A DNA stretch of 32,000 bases from Nitrosopumilus sp. b3. GTDB taxonomy: Archaea; Thermoproteota; Nitrososphaeria; Nitrososphaerales; Nitrosopumilaceae. The DNA lies in assembly GCF_014078525.1 (NCBI RefSeq), contig NZ_MU078696.1, positions 83,873 to 115,872 on the forward strand, given 5' to 3'. The stretch's first letter is position 1; each line of letters begins with the position of its first letter. Shown one piece after another: positions 25,416-32,000 of the stretch. Made by a program: the position numbers and the translations under genes. The notes below the pieces were generated by a model, which did not search any database, was not told the DNA's origin, and saw nothing but the letters and a program-made list of their open reading frames with translations.

Positions 25416-25751
25416 CCAAATAATACAATTTCTTGTAATTTAATTTCGTTGAGCAAAAATATTTCACTTTTTTCATTTTTAGATATGATCAATAATGTCT
25501 AGTCTAGATCGTTCATTATGCCACATTCAATTATTTTAATTTATTCCAAACTGCAAAATCTAGGAACATTCAACGATCTTATGGAGTAATTTGATCGAGT
25601 TGATCCAACAAGTTCAAAATTATAAGCTCAAAAGTGAAAGTAATTTATCTATGGATAAAACCATCACTTTGACTAAAGTCACATTTTAGTAACAAACAGA
25701 TAAAAAATCTAGATAAATTTATCCAAAAACTGCATAGTTCTGCATAGTTTT

Positions 25752-26399
25752 CTAAAAGATATAGTTTGAATTTGCACCATCAAAGTTTATTGTAACACCT
25801 GACAGATACTTTATTTTGTTTTCAATTATTGCTTTGACAAAGCTTCCAATCTCTTCAGGCTCACCTAGTCTTTTCATGAGTAATGATTTTTTGTACTCTT
25901 CAACATTTTCTACTAATTCTTTCGTTCTATCTGTATTGATGGGACCTGGCGCAATATTGATACAACTAATGTTTCTTTGAGCATATTCTTTACTCAATAC
26001 TTTGAAAACCTCACTAAACGCTGCACGATAGGCCGAAGAAATTATCAATTTCATATTTGGTTCTTTGATCACATTTGAACTAATCAAAAAGATATATCCT
26101 CCATCACTAATTTTGATATTTTGCAAAATTGTACAAAATCCTAAAAATAATTGATTGTGGTATAGTTTCCAATCCTCTTGTGATATTTCAGAAAATGGTT
26201 TTGAAGCCGGACCTCCTGTATTTAGTACTAAAATGTCTGTTTGATTGTGTTTTTCAAGAAATTGTTTTACACTGTCTAAATCTGAAGTATCTATATCTTT
26301 TTTAGAAGCAGCAAATACATCAATTCCTATTGATTTTAGAGAATCTGCAATTGCTTTTCCTATTCCTCTGGAACCTCCAAGAACAATAGCACTTGCCAT
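25752..26399 (-). CDS. SDR-family protein with an atypical active site (Y-x-x-x-F instead of Y-x-x-x-K)
   Basis: VLGGSRGIGKAI, LNTGG and NIAPGPINTD are SDR features. The Tyr124 codon is at 26028-26030, and position +4 is Phe128 (26016-26018, checked on the sequence). Confidence 0.65.
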   Translation of the reverse strand: MASAIVLGGSRGIGKAIADSLKSIGIDVFAASKKDIDTSDLDSVKQFLEKHNQTDILVLNTGGPASKPFSEISQEDWKLYHNQLFLGFCTILQNIKISDGGYIFLISSNVIKEPNMKLIISSAYRAAFSEVFKVLSKEYAQRNISCINIAPGPINTDRTKELVENVEEYKKSLLMKRLGEPEEIGSFVKAIIENKIKYLSGVTINFDGANSNYIF

Positions 26400-26425
26400 A
26401 ATACTCTCAAAATCTTTGTGGATAA

Positions 26426-26665
26426 TTAAATTTCTTTAATTTCAGTAATTGTGCCTAACACTGAATCCATTTGGATAACTGCCTTTTTCTCATCCCATCC
26501 TAATGCAACATACCAATCTCCTGCATCATCATGATATTTTGTCTCCAAAGTTTCAATATTTTCTGGTTTTACATCATATTTTTTTGCAATACCAGATACT
26601 GCCAAAGCAATTGCATCCTTTTCTTTCTCTAATCGTCTTTTCATTAACCCAATTCCAGGACTCAT
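26426..26665 (-). CDS. Hypothetical small protein (79 aa)
   Basis: ORF-track entry, co-directional with and 26 nt upstream of the SDR gene. No recognisable motif. Confidence 0.35.
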   Translation of the reverse strand: MSPGIGLMKRRLEKEKDAIALAVSGIAKKYDVKPENIETLETKYHDDAGDWYVALGWDEKKAVIQMDSVLGTITEIKEI

Positions 26666-26772
26666 AGAATTCCTTTCATTGTTTCATCTAATATAGTTAA
26701 TTCACAAAATTAGCCATAATGTTGAATTTTTCTAATATTCTTACAATATTACAAATAACCCAAATACTTTGA

Positions 26773-27375
26773 ATGAATAAAATGAGATTAATTCAAAGAT
26801 TATCTAATTCTAGACTAGCCAAATCTTCTACTCTAGTTTCTCTAGTATCAATTCTTGCAGTAATTGGTCCTGTTGTTATAGTTTCAGCAGGATTTTGGGA
26901 TGCAATATCCCACCTCCAAAAAGAACCAGAATTTTTTTGGAGTCCTTCTCATATGATAGTATACTTTGGAGTATCAATGACTACATGTTCTGCAATAATG
27001 GGCTGCATGCTAATATTTAGAAAATCAGTTCATGGCTCTCTCAAAACTGGAATTAAACTGGTAATTGTTGGATCTATATTACAAATTGTTTCGGGATTTG
27101 GTGATTCTTTATCTCATGATATTTTTGGCATTGATGGATTGATATCCTGGTCTCACCAACCTCTGGAATTGGGTCTAGTTCTTGCATCATTAGGTGGAAT
27201 ATTGATCCTAAAGAATAGGGAGCATACAAAACTCAAGGCATTTCTTCCATTCTCAATTGTAACTTTCTTGTTTTTTACAACTTGGCTATTCTTTAATTTG
27301 GTACTAATTTTTGGGCATACAATTCAATGTATTCCAGTCTATGAAATATTCTCTTCTGGATGCTCAATTTTGTAG
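26773..27375 (+). CDS. Polytopic membrane protein with repeated His-containing loops (WDAISH, SPSH, GDSLSHD, SWSH)
   Basis: About 5-6 hydrophobic helices by eye. No family recognised. The 3' end overlaps the convergent ORF by 37 nt. Confidence 0.45.
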   Translation: MNKMRLIQRLSNSRLAKSSTLVSLVSILAVIGPVVIVSAGFWDAISHLQKEPEFFWSPSHMIVYFGVSMTTCSAIMGCMLIFRKSVHGSLKTGIKLVIVGSILQIVSGFGDSLSHDIFGIDGLISWSHQPLELGLVLASLGGILILKNREHTKLKAFLPFSIVTFLFFTTWLFFNLVLIFGHTIQCIPVYEIFSSGCSIL

Positions 27376-27830
27376 TTTTTAATTTTAAAATATGAAATAA
27401 TAATCATTGCAACAGCTCCTACAAGAACTAAAATGCCTGCAGGAATCATTTCATGAGAACTTGTATCTCCTAACTCTATCTGTAACTCAATTGGAGTTTC
27501 TGAAATATTTGTCACTTTGATTGTATGGATGCCATCTTCAAAAAAGTCAAAATACCCTACTGACAGTTTTGTTTGTATTTTTTCTTCTTGAATTACATTA
27601 TCTTGAGTATCTAATATCTGCACAAAAATTTCTTCACCTGAAAATTCTGGCATGTAAAATTTGTAAAATCCAATTCCTACTCCCGTAAACTCTGACTTTA
27701 ATTCAAAAGAGTTTGATTGCTTTAGAATTAACGAATCACTAGTTTTTTCAGTTTCTACAAAGATAAATGAAATCCAAATCATTCCTATTATCACTAATCC
27801 CAATCCCAGTTTGAATGGTGACACCTTCAT
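27339..27830 (-). CDS. Membrane-anchored hypothetical protein (N- and C-terminal TM helices flanking a beta-rich domain)
   Basis: LGLGLVIIGMIWISFIFV near the N-terminus and IPAGILVLVGAVAMIIISYF near the C-terminus. No family recognised. Confidence 0.45.
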   Translation of the reverse strand: MKVSPFKLGLGLVIIGMIWISFIFVETEKTSDSLILKQSNSFELKSEFTGVGIGFYKFYMPEFSGEEIFVQILDTQDNVIQEEKIQTKLSVGYFDFFEDGIHTIKVTNISETPIELQIELGDTSSHEMIPAGILVLVGAVAMIIISYFKIKNYKIEHPEENIS

Positions 27831-27869
27831 ACATTCTTGCCAAATTATTAGCCTAATAAGATAATCTAA

Positions 27870-27944
27870 AGGGCTCGGAGGGCTTCGATCCCTCGACCTA
27901 GCGGTTCGAAGCCGCTCGCACTATCCAGGCTGTGCAACGAGTCC
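27870..27944 (-). tRNA. tRNA-Arg (anticodon TCG)
   Basis: Hand-folded reverse complement: GGACTCG TT GCAC AGCCTGGATA GTGC G AGCGG CTTCGAA CCGCT AGGTC GAGGG ATCGAAG CCCTC CGAGCCC (+T discriminator). The D, anticodon and T stems pair perfectly. The acceptor stem has one A3:C70 mismatch. No encoded CCA and no intron. Confidence 0.85.
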
Positions 27945-27988
27945 AAACAAGTAAGAATTTAACAGGCCTAAATATCTGTCTAGATACT

Positions 27989-29164
27989 TTGAAGGTATCA
28001 AAAAAAGTCATAGGTGTTGAATATGCAATTAGAGATATTGTAGTTGCTGCACGCAAAGTACAGCAGAAAGGAATGCAAGTTGATTATCTCAACATAGGTG
28101 ATCCTGTACAGTTTGGATTTCAGCCACCTGACAATGTAAAACAAGCTTTGATTGATGCAATTAACAAGGGTGAAAATTATTACTCTACATCAGAAGGTCT
28201 CTTGGAATTAAGAGAAGAAATAGCAAAAAAAGAAAACGCAAAGGGACTCTCAATTGGTGCTGATGACATTCTAGTTACAAATGGAGTATCTGAAGGATTA
28301 GACATGGTGATTTCTTCAATTGTAGAAGAAGGCGATGAAGTGTTATTGCCTGGACCATATTATCCACCTTATGCCTCATATGTTAGACTTCATGGTGGAA
28401 TCCCGATAGAATTTGCAGTAGACTTGGAAAACTCTACACCAGACATTGAAGATATAAAATCCAAAATTACTCCAAAAACTGTAGCAATTTGTTTAATCAG
28501 TCCTAATAATCCAACTGGTGTTGTATTCAATGAAAAATCCCTCAAAGAACTTGTAAACATTGCAAATCAAAATAATCTATACATCATATGTGATGAAATT
28601 TATGATCAAATAATTTTTGATGAAAAATTCGTTGGAATTGGCAAGGTTGCAGGAGATTCTCCTGTGATTGTTCTTAATGGATTCTCCAAAGTCCACCTAA
28701 TGTCTGGATGGAGAATTGGATACATTGCATTTAATCAATCTCCTCAACTAGAATCATTACGGGAGCATCTTCCAAAATTAGCTAGAGTAAGAATTGCTAC
28801 TAGTCTTCCAGTACAACATGCAGCTTTGGAGTCACTTCGTGGTCCTCAAAACTACATTAGTGAATTTGTCTCTGAAATTAAAAAACGACGAGACTTGGTT
28901 GTAAAACGACTAAACGAAATGCCTGGTCTTTCTTGCCCCACTCCAAGAGGTGCATTTTATGCATTTCCAAAGATTGAAGACAATAAATTTGGAACCGACA
29001 AAGAATTTGTAACCAAATTATTGGAAACTAAAGGCGTCCTTACTGTTCACGGTTCAGGATTTGGAGAGCAATATGGTAGTGGTCATTTCAGGCTGGTCTA
29101 TCTTCCAAGTCTTGAAATCCTAGACTCTGCAATGAACAAAATTCAAGATTTTGTTAGTCAGTAA
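27989..29164 (+). CDS. Class I/II PLP aminotransferase (aspartate/alanine aminotransferase-like)
   Basis: YAIRDI, LNIGDP, NPTGVV and GFSKVHLMSGWRIGY (PLP Lys). The ORF-track start (27932) overlaps the tRNA gene, so I trimmed it to the in-frame TTG at 27989 (MKVSKKVIGVEYAIRDI). The exact start is uncertain. Confidence 0.8.
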   Translation: MKVSKKVIGVEYAIRDIVVAARKVQQKGMQVDYLNIGDPVQFGFQPPDNVKQALIDAINKGENYYSTSEGLLELREEIAKKENAKGLSIGADDILVTNGVSEGLDMVISSIVEEGDEVLLPGPYYPPYASYVRLHGGIPIEFAVDLENSTPDIEDIKSKITPKTVAICLISPNNPTGVVFNEKSLKELVNIANQNNLYIICDEIYDQIIFDEKFVGIGKVAGDSPVIVLNGFSKVHLMSGWRIGYIAFNQSPQLESLREHLPKLARVRIATSLPVQHAALESLRGPQNYISEFVSEIKKRRDLVVKRLNEMPGLSCPTPRGAFYAFPKIEDNKFGTDKEFVTKLLETKGVLTVHGSGFGEQYGSGHFRLVYLPSLEILDSAMNKIQDFVSQ

Positions 29165-29559
29165 CTCCAAACTGAAATCTTTTTTGGAATAATCTCTATA
29201 ATACAGTCAGTATCATCTAGCAATTCTTTTGCAGATCTATTCTCCATTGTATCAAAGTATCGCAAGAGAATCTTTTTTGCAATTGTTTTGACTTTGGTTT
29301 TATCTAAAATTAGATTGGCTTTCCCTTGCCCCATCACTCCATAAATGTCAGGAGACTTGATACCTACATCTATGCAAAATGCAACTTGTGGGTTTCTTTT
29401 TGCATTTTTTGCCTTTACAGTTTTAGTGTTTGTTCCAATGTAGAATTTTTTCCCACTATATCTATACCAAACAGGAACAATATGTGGTGTTTTATTTTTA
29501 CCAACTGTAGATAAACGCAATATTTTTTGAGATTTTAGAAATTCATCTCTTTTGCTCAT
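29158..29559 (-). CDS. Pyridoxamine-5'-phosphate-oxidase-family split-barrel protein (FMN- or F420-binding)
   Basis: ILRLSTVGKNKTPHIVPVWYRYSGKKFYIGT...KNAKRNPQVAFCID fits the PPOX-like pattern. Confidence 0.65.
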   Translation of the reverse strand: MSKRDEFLKSQKILRLSTVGKNKTPHIVPVWYRYSGKKFYIGTNTKTVKAKNAKRNPQVAFCIDVGIKSPDIYGVMGQGKANLILDKTKVKTIAKKILLRYFDTMENRSAKELLDDTDCIIEIIPKKISVWSY

Positions 29560-29776
29560 GCTTTCTAAATCCCAATACTATCATAAAAATCCCAAATCCT
29601 AACATTGCAACAGATACTTTCTCATTGGTAAATTCTGCATTCACCAAAAATTCCTCTACAAATTCTATTCCCCAGATCAATAACTGCTGAATTAGAACAA
29701 TTCCACCCATTACACAAAATAAAACCCCAATTGCGGTAAACCAATTTCTACCACGTCTATAGTATTCGTGACTCAT
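29543..29776 (-). CDS. Small two-TM membrane protein (77 aa), hypothetical
   Basis: Two hydrophobic segments (WFTAIGVLFCVMGGIVLI; VAMLGFGIFMIVLGF). 17-nt overlap with the downstream PPOX-like gene. Confidence 0.35.
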   Translation of the reverse strand: MSHEYYRRGRNWFTAIGVLFCVMGGIVLIQQLLIWGIEFVEEFLVNAEFTNEKVSVAMLGFGIFMIVLGFRKHEQKR

Positions 29777-29792
29777 GATAAATGAAATAGAC

Positions 29793-30464
29793 TTAGATAA
29801 TTTTGATACCTGGATTTTTTATCTTGTTTTTTATCATCGCATTAAGTAGCAATGGCGTAGACATTTCTGCCAAATATGATAGTTCTATTGGACCCAAGTA
29901 AATTGATCTCAGTCCTTTGATTTCATCAATCAAAGTATTAACTACTTGAACTGAATCATTGTCATCTCCGCAAACAAATATGTCGTAATCAAGTTCTAAT
30001 GTAGGATTCACTAGTTTTTTCTCAGAAATCACATGAAATGCTGAAACCAATTTTGATTTATTTTTCATATGGTTTAGTACAAGTTTGTATGAAAATGGTT
30101 TATTTTCTTTAATTGATATGCACTCAAAGCCCACATCAGTTTTTGTCATTGGAACAATAGGAGATACTACAACGCAACTGTCTTTGACTTCAGGTAATAT
30201 TCCAGAACATACTGAATCAATATTTTCATAAGGAATTGATAAAATCAAAACATCACTCTCTTTTGCAACTGAAACATTGTCATTTCCAGAAATTGTCCCT
30301 TTAATCTCCCCAAATGCTTCTTTTGCAAGATTTGTATATTCAACTGCAGATTCTGATGCTCTTGCAGCATCTCTAGAGCCAACTATTACATCATGATTTT
30401 GTGACCATCTTAGAGCAAAACCTTTGCCCATGCCACCAGTTCCGCCAATAATTCCTACTTTCAT
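29793..30464 (-). CDS. NADPH-dependent F420 reductase-like oxidoreductase (NpdG/FNO family)
   Basis: MKVGIIGGTGGMGKGFALRW Rossmann start, followed by the VGSRD pattern. About 220 aa, typical of the family. Confidence 0.65.
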   Translation of the reverse strand: MKVGIIGGTGGMGKGFALRWSQNHDVIVGSRDAARASESAVEYTNLAKEAFGEIKGTISGNDNVSVAKESDVLILSIPYENIDSVCSGILPEVKDSCVVVSPIVPMTKTDVGFECISIKENKPFSYKLVLNHMKNKSKLVSAFHVISEKKLVNPTLELDYDIFVCGDDNDSVQVVNTLIDEIKGLRSIYLGPIELSYLAEMSTPLLLNAMIKNKIKNPGIKII

Positions 30465-30516
30465 GATAAATCATCTGATAATCTTATTATTATCTTTATT
30501 TGAATTTCCGATCAAG

Positions 30517-31137
30517 TTGGGGCATATTATTTTTCTAAGACATGGTCAGGCAAAAAATAACACTGAGCGAATTTTAGCCGGTAGAACAGAAGGAGTTCCG
30601 CTAACTGATGTTGGAATAAAGCAAGCAGAACATACTGCTGAACTACTAAAACACATGAATGTCTCTGCAATCTATTCAAGTCCAATTCAACGGGCAAAAC
30701 ATACTGCAGAAATTGTTGGAAACCACAACTCTCTTGATGTAACTATTGATGATCGTCTAATTGAGCTTGATATGGGAAAATTTACTGGAGTTCCATATGA
30801 TGAAATATTTACCAGTCATGGAAATGTCTTTATGAAATTTTACAATGGAGAATTGGAAATTGCACACAATGGAGTGGAAACCTTCTCAGAAGTCAAAAAA
30901 CGGGTGTTAGGAATAGTTGATCATGTTATTGAAAAACATCCAGATGAAAATGTTGTTCTTGTTACACACATGGATCCAATCAAAGCAATGCTTTCTACTA
31001 TAGTTGATCTATCTCCTACTAATCTATTTGAGCTAATTATTGAGAATGCATCTCTGAATCTCTTTCGAGAAAAAGATCGAAAGTTTTCTCTTTCTGGACT
31101 TAATGTAATGCATCCATCAAGATTCGATCTCCGATAG
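30517..31137 (+). CDS. Histidine phosphatase (phosphoglycerate mutase-like) family protein
   Basis: IIFLRHGQAKNN (RHG catalytic motif), SSPIQRAKHTAE and LVTHMDPIKA. The ORF-track start (30424) overlaps the F420 reductase gene by 41 nt, so I trimmed it to the in-frame TTG at 30517. The start is uncertain. Confidence 0.7.
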   Translation: MGHIIFLRHGQAKNNTERILAGRTEGVPLTDVGIKQAEHTAELLKHMNVSAIYSSPIQRAKHTAEIVGNHNSLDVTIDDRLIELDMGKFTGVPYDEIFTSHGNVFMKFYNGELEIAHNGVETFSEVKKRVLGIVDHVIEKHPDENVVLVTHMDPIKAMLSTIVDLSPTNLFELIIENASLNLFREKDRKFSLSGLNVMHPSRFDLR

Positions 31138-31196
31138 CATCTAATAATCTTGAAAACCCTTAAATAGAAATTATTGGCCACGTCATTCAATCGCTA

Positions 31197-31457
31197 ATGA
31201 AGAAATTGGTCGGATTATTCTTAGTATTGGCAGTTATAGTAGTTATTCCAGCTATAGAGTCAGCATTTGCTGCAGGTGATGAACCTGGAGAATATCTTGA
31301 TCGTAGAGTTGTTATTTGGAATTTATTCTTTAGAATGATGACAGTTGCATTTACAGTTGGAGCCGTAGTGGCAGGAACAATGATCTGGCAAGTTTGGAGA
31401 TTTAGAGAATCTCATCCAAAAGCAAAACCAACTCCATATGAGGGGACTGACTGGTAG
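31197..31457 (+). CDS. Small membrane protein resembling the N-terminal (signal/TM1) part of cytochrome oxidase subunit II
   Basis: Signal-like MKKLVGLFLVLAVIVVIPAIESAFA, then the TM helix MMTVAFTVGAVVAGTMIWQVW followed by RFRESHP, as seen after TM1 of canonical CoxII. TAG stop 2 nt before the next ATG. Confidence 0.5.
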   Translation: MKKLVGLFLVLAVIVVIPAIESAFAAGDEPGEYLDRRVVIWNLFFRMMTVAFTVGAVVAGTMIWQVWRFRESHPKAKPTPYEGTDW

Positions 31458-31459
31458 AA

Positions 31460-31888
31460 ATGGGTGGACACTCTAACTGGCCTGAATGGATTTACGTCGG
31501 TATCGTTATTGCATTAATGACTTGGGTAGGAGCTGAAGCTTGGGAAGCTGAAAGACTAGTAGAACATGTTCCTGAAGACGCAGAGACTATCATAGTTACA
31601 GGTCAACAATGGTTCTGGACTTTTGAACACGAAGACGGTACAAAAGAAATTGGTGAACTTCATGTTGAAACAGGTAAAGCTTACAAATTTGAGATAGTTT
31701 CTACTGATGTCATTCATTCATTTAATATTCACGATTATGTTGTTTTGATGGATGCCGTTCCTGGTAGAGTAAATACTGTATGGTTTGCACCAGACGCACC
31801 AGGAGTCCATGACATTCAATGCAGAGAGTACTGTGGATTAATTCACTATAACATGAGAGGAACATTGTATGTGGAGGATCCAGCTTGA
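31460..31888 (+). CDS. coxB: Cytochrome oxidase subunit II-like protein (TM helix + cupredoxin domain with a complete CuA site)
   Basis: QQWFWTFEH. CuA ligands H86-x34-C121-x-E-x-C125-x3-H129-x2-M132 (HSF...CREYCGLIHYNM, nt 31715-31855), counted by hand. Confidence 0.8.
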   Translation: MGGHSNWPEWIYVGIVIALMTWVGAEAWEAERLVEHVPEDAETIIVTGQQWFWTFEHEDGTKEIGELHVETGKAYKFEIVSTDVIHSFNIHDYVVLMDAVPGRVNTVWFAPDAPGVHDIQCREYCGLIHYNMRGTLYVEDPA

Positions 31889-31937
31889 TAACGCTTTTAT
31901 CACAACTTTCTATTGTTGCATGTGAGGAGATTAACTA

Positions 31938-32000
31938 ATGGTTCTAGAATTACAAAAACCACGTCCAATTTGGCAAATAATGTTCTCAACACATCATACT
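31938..32000 (+). CDS. 3'-truncated start of a probable haem-copper oxidase subunit I
   Basis: ATG at 31938 preceded by GAGGAG 8 nt upstream. MVLELQKPRPIWQIMFSTHHT resembles the region just before the first TM helix of CoxI. Only 21 codons are visible, and the call also relies on its position after coxII. Confidence 0.4.
   Translation, partial: MVLELQKPRPIWQIMFSTHHT

Noticed and set aside
25712-25723. Perfect 12-bp palindrome gataaatttatc as a regulator operator.
   Set aside because: It is AT-only apart from the terminal G/C, and such palindromes arise readily by chance in AT-rich intergenic DNA. It is mentioned only as context for the orphan HTH locus.
24703-27944. A tRNA-Arg-targeted integrated element spanning from the tRNA to the HTH gene.
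   Set aside because: I found no integrase or recombinase catalytic domain and no duplicated copy of the tRNA 3' segment (for example gatccctc-containing sequence) in 24.7-27.9 kb. The intervening genes look like ordinary cellular genes.
31446-31462. Programmed -1 frameshift or TAG read-through (pyrrolysine-type) joining the two coxII-like ORFs.
   Set aside because: There is no slippery heptamer in the 7-nt window where both frames are open. Reading through the TAG in frame hits another stop 20 codons later without reaching the cupredoxin domain. No pyl genes were seen, and I do not expect them in this lineage.

Overview
This is an AT-rich archaeal chromosome segment. Gene content and composition point to a marine ammonia-oxidising thaumarchaeon (Nitrosopumilus-like), but that is an inference and not a database hit.

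The left ~23 kb is a cell-surface glycan and phosphonate island with four parts:
- A nonulosonic-acid-type sugar module: NeuB-like synthase, TIM-barrel enzyme, GDP-mannose 4,6-dehydratase, SpsF/NeuA-like cytidylyltransferase, class-III aminotransferase and Gfo/Idh/MocA oxidoreductase.
- A plus-strand gene train: DUF115/Maf-like protein, cobalamin-type radical SAM enzyme, SDR, a large GT-C membrane glycosyltransferase fused to TPR repeats, and two sulfatase-family paralogs.
- A convergent minus-strand operon (PEP mutase, split phosphonopyruvate decarboxylase, nucleotidyltransferase) that is divergent from an Fe-alcohol dehydrogenase.
- A GT2 Dol-P-sugar-synthase-like gene, a PGI/PMI gene and an NAD-epimerase gene.

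The right ~9 kb is mostly housekeeping: MtnA/aIF-2B-like isomerase, a DUF59-PqqD fusion, SDR, tRNA-Arg(TCG), a class I/II aminotransferase, a PPOX-like protein, an F420 reductase-like protein, a histidine phosphatase, and the start of a CuA-type terminal oxidase operon.

The most interesting point is the enzyme set PepM + Ppd + Fe-ADH + nucleotidyltransferase + B12-radical-SAM. This is the enzyme logic of the early fosfomycin pathway. Here it sits in an archaeal glycan island with Thr-type alkaline-phosphatase-superfamily proteins, and no MPnS/HepD-type dioxygenase is visible. That suggests an undescribed modified-phosphonate glycan decoration.

I saw no CRISPR array, transposase or integrase. 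All functional calls rest on motif and pattern recognition from the translated ORFs; no searches were run.
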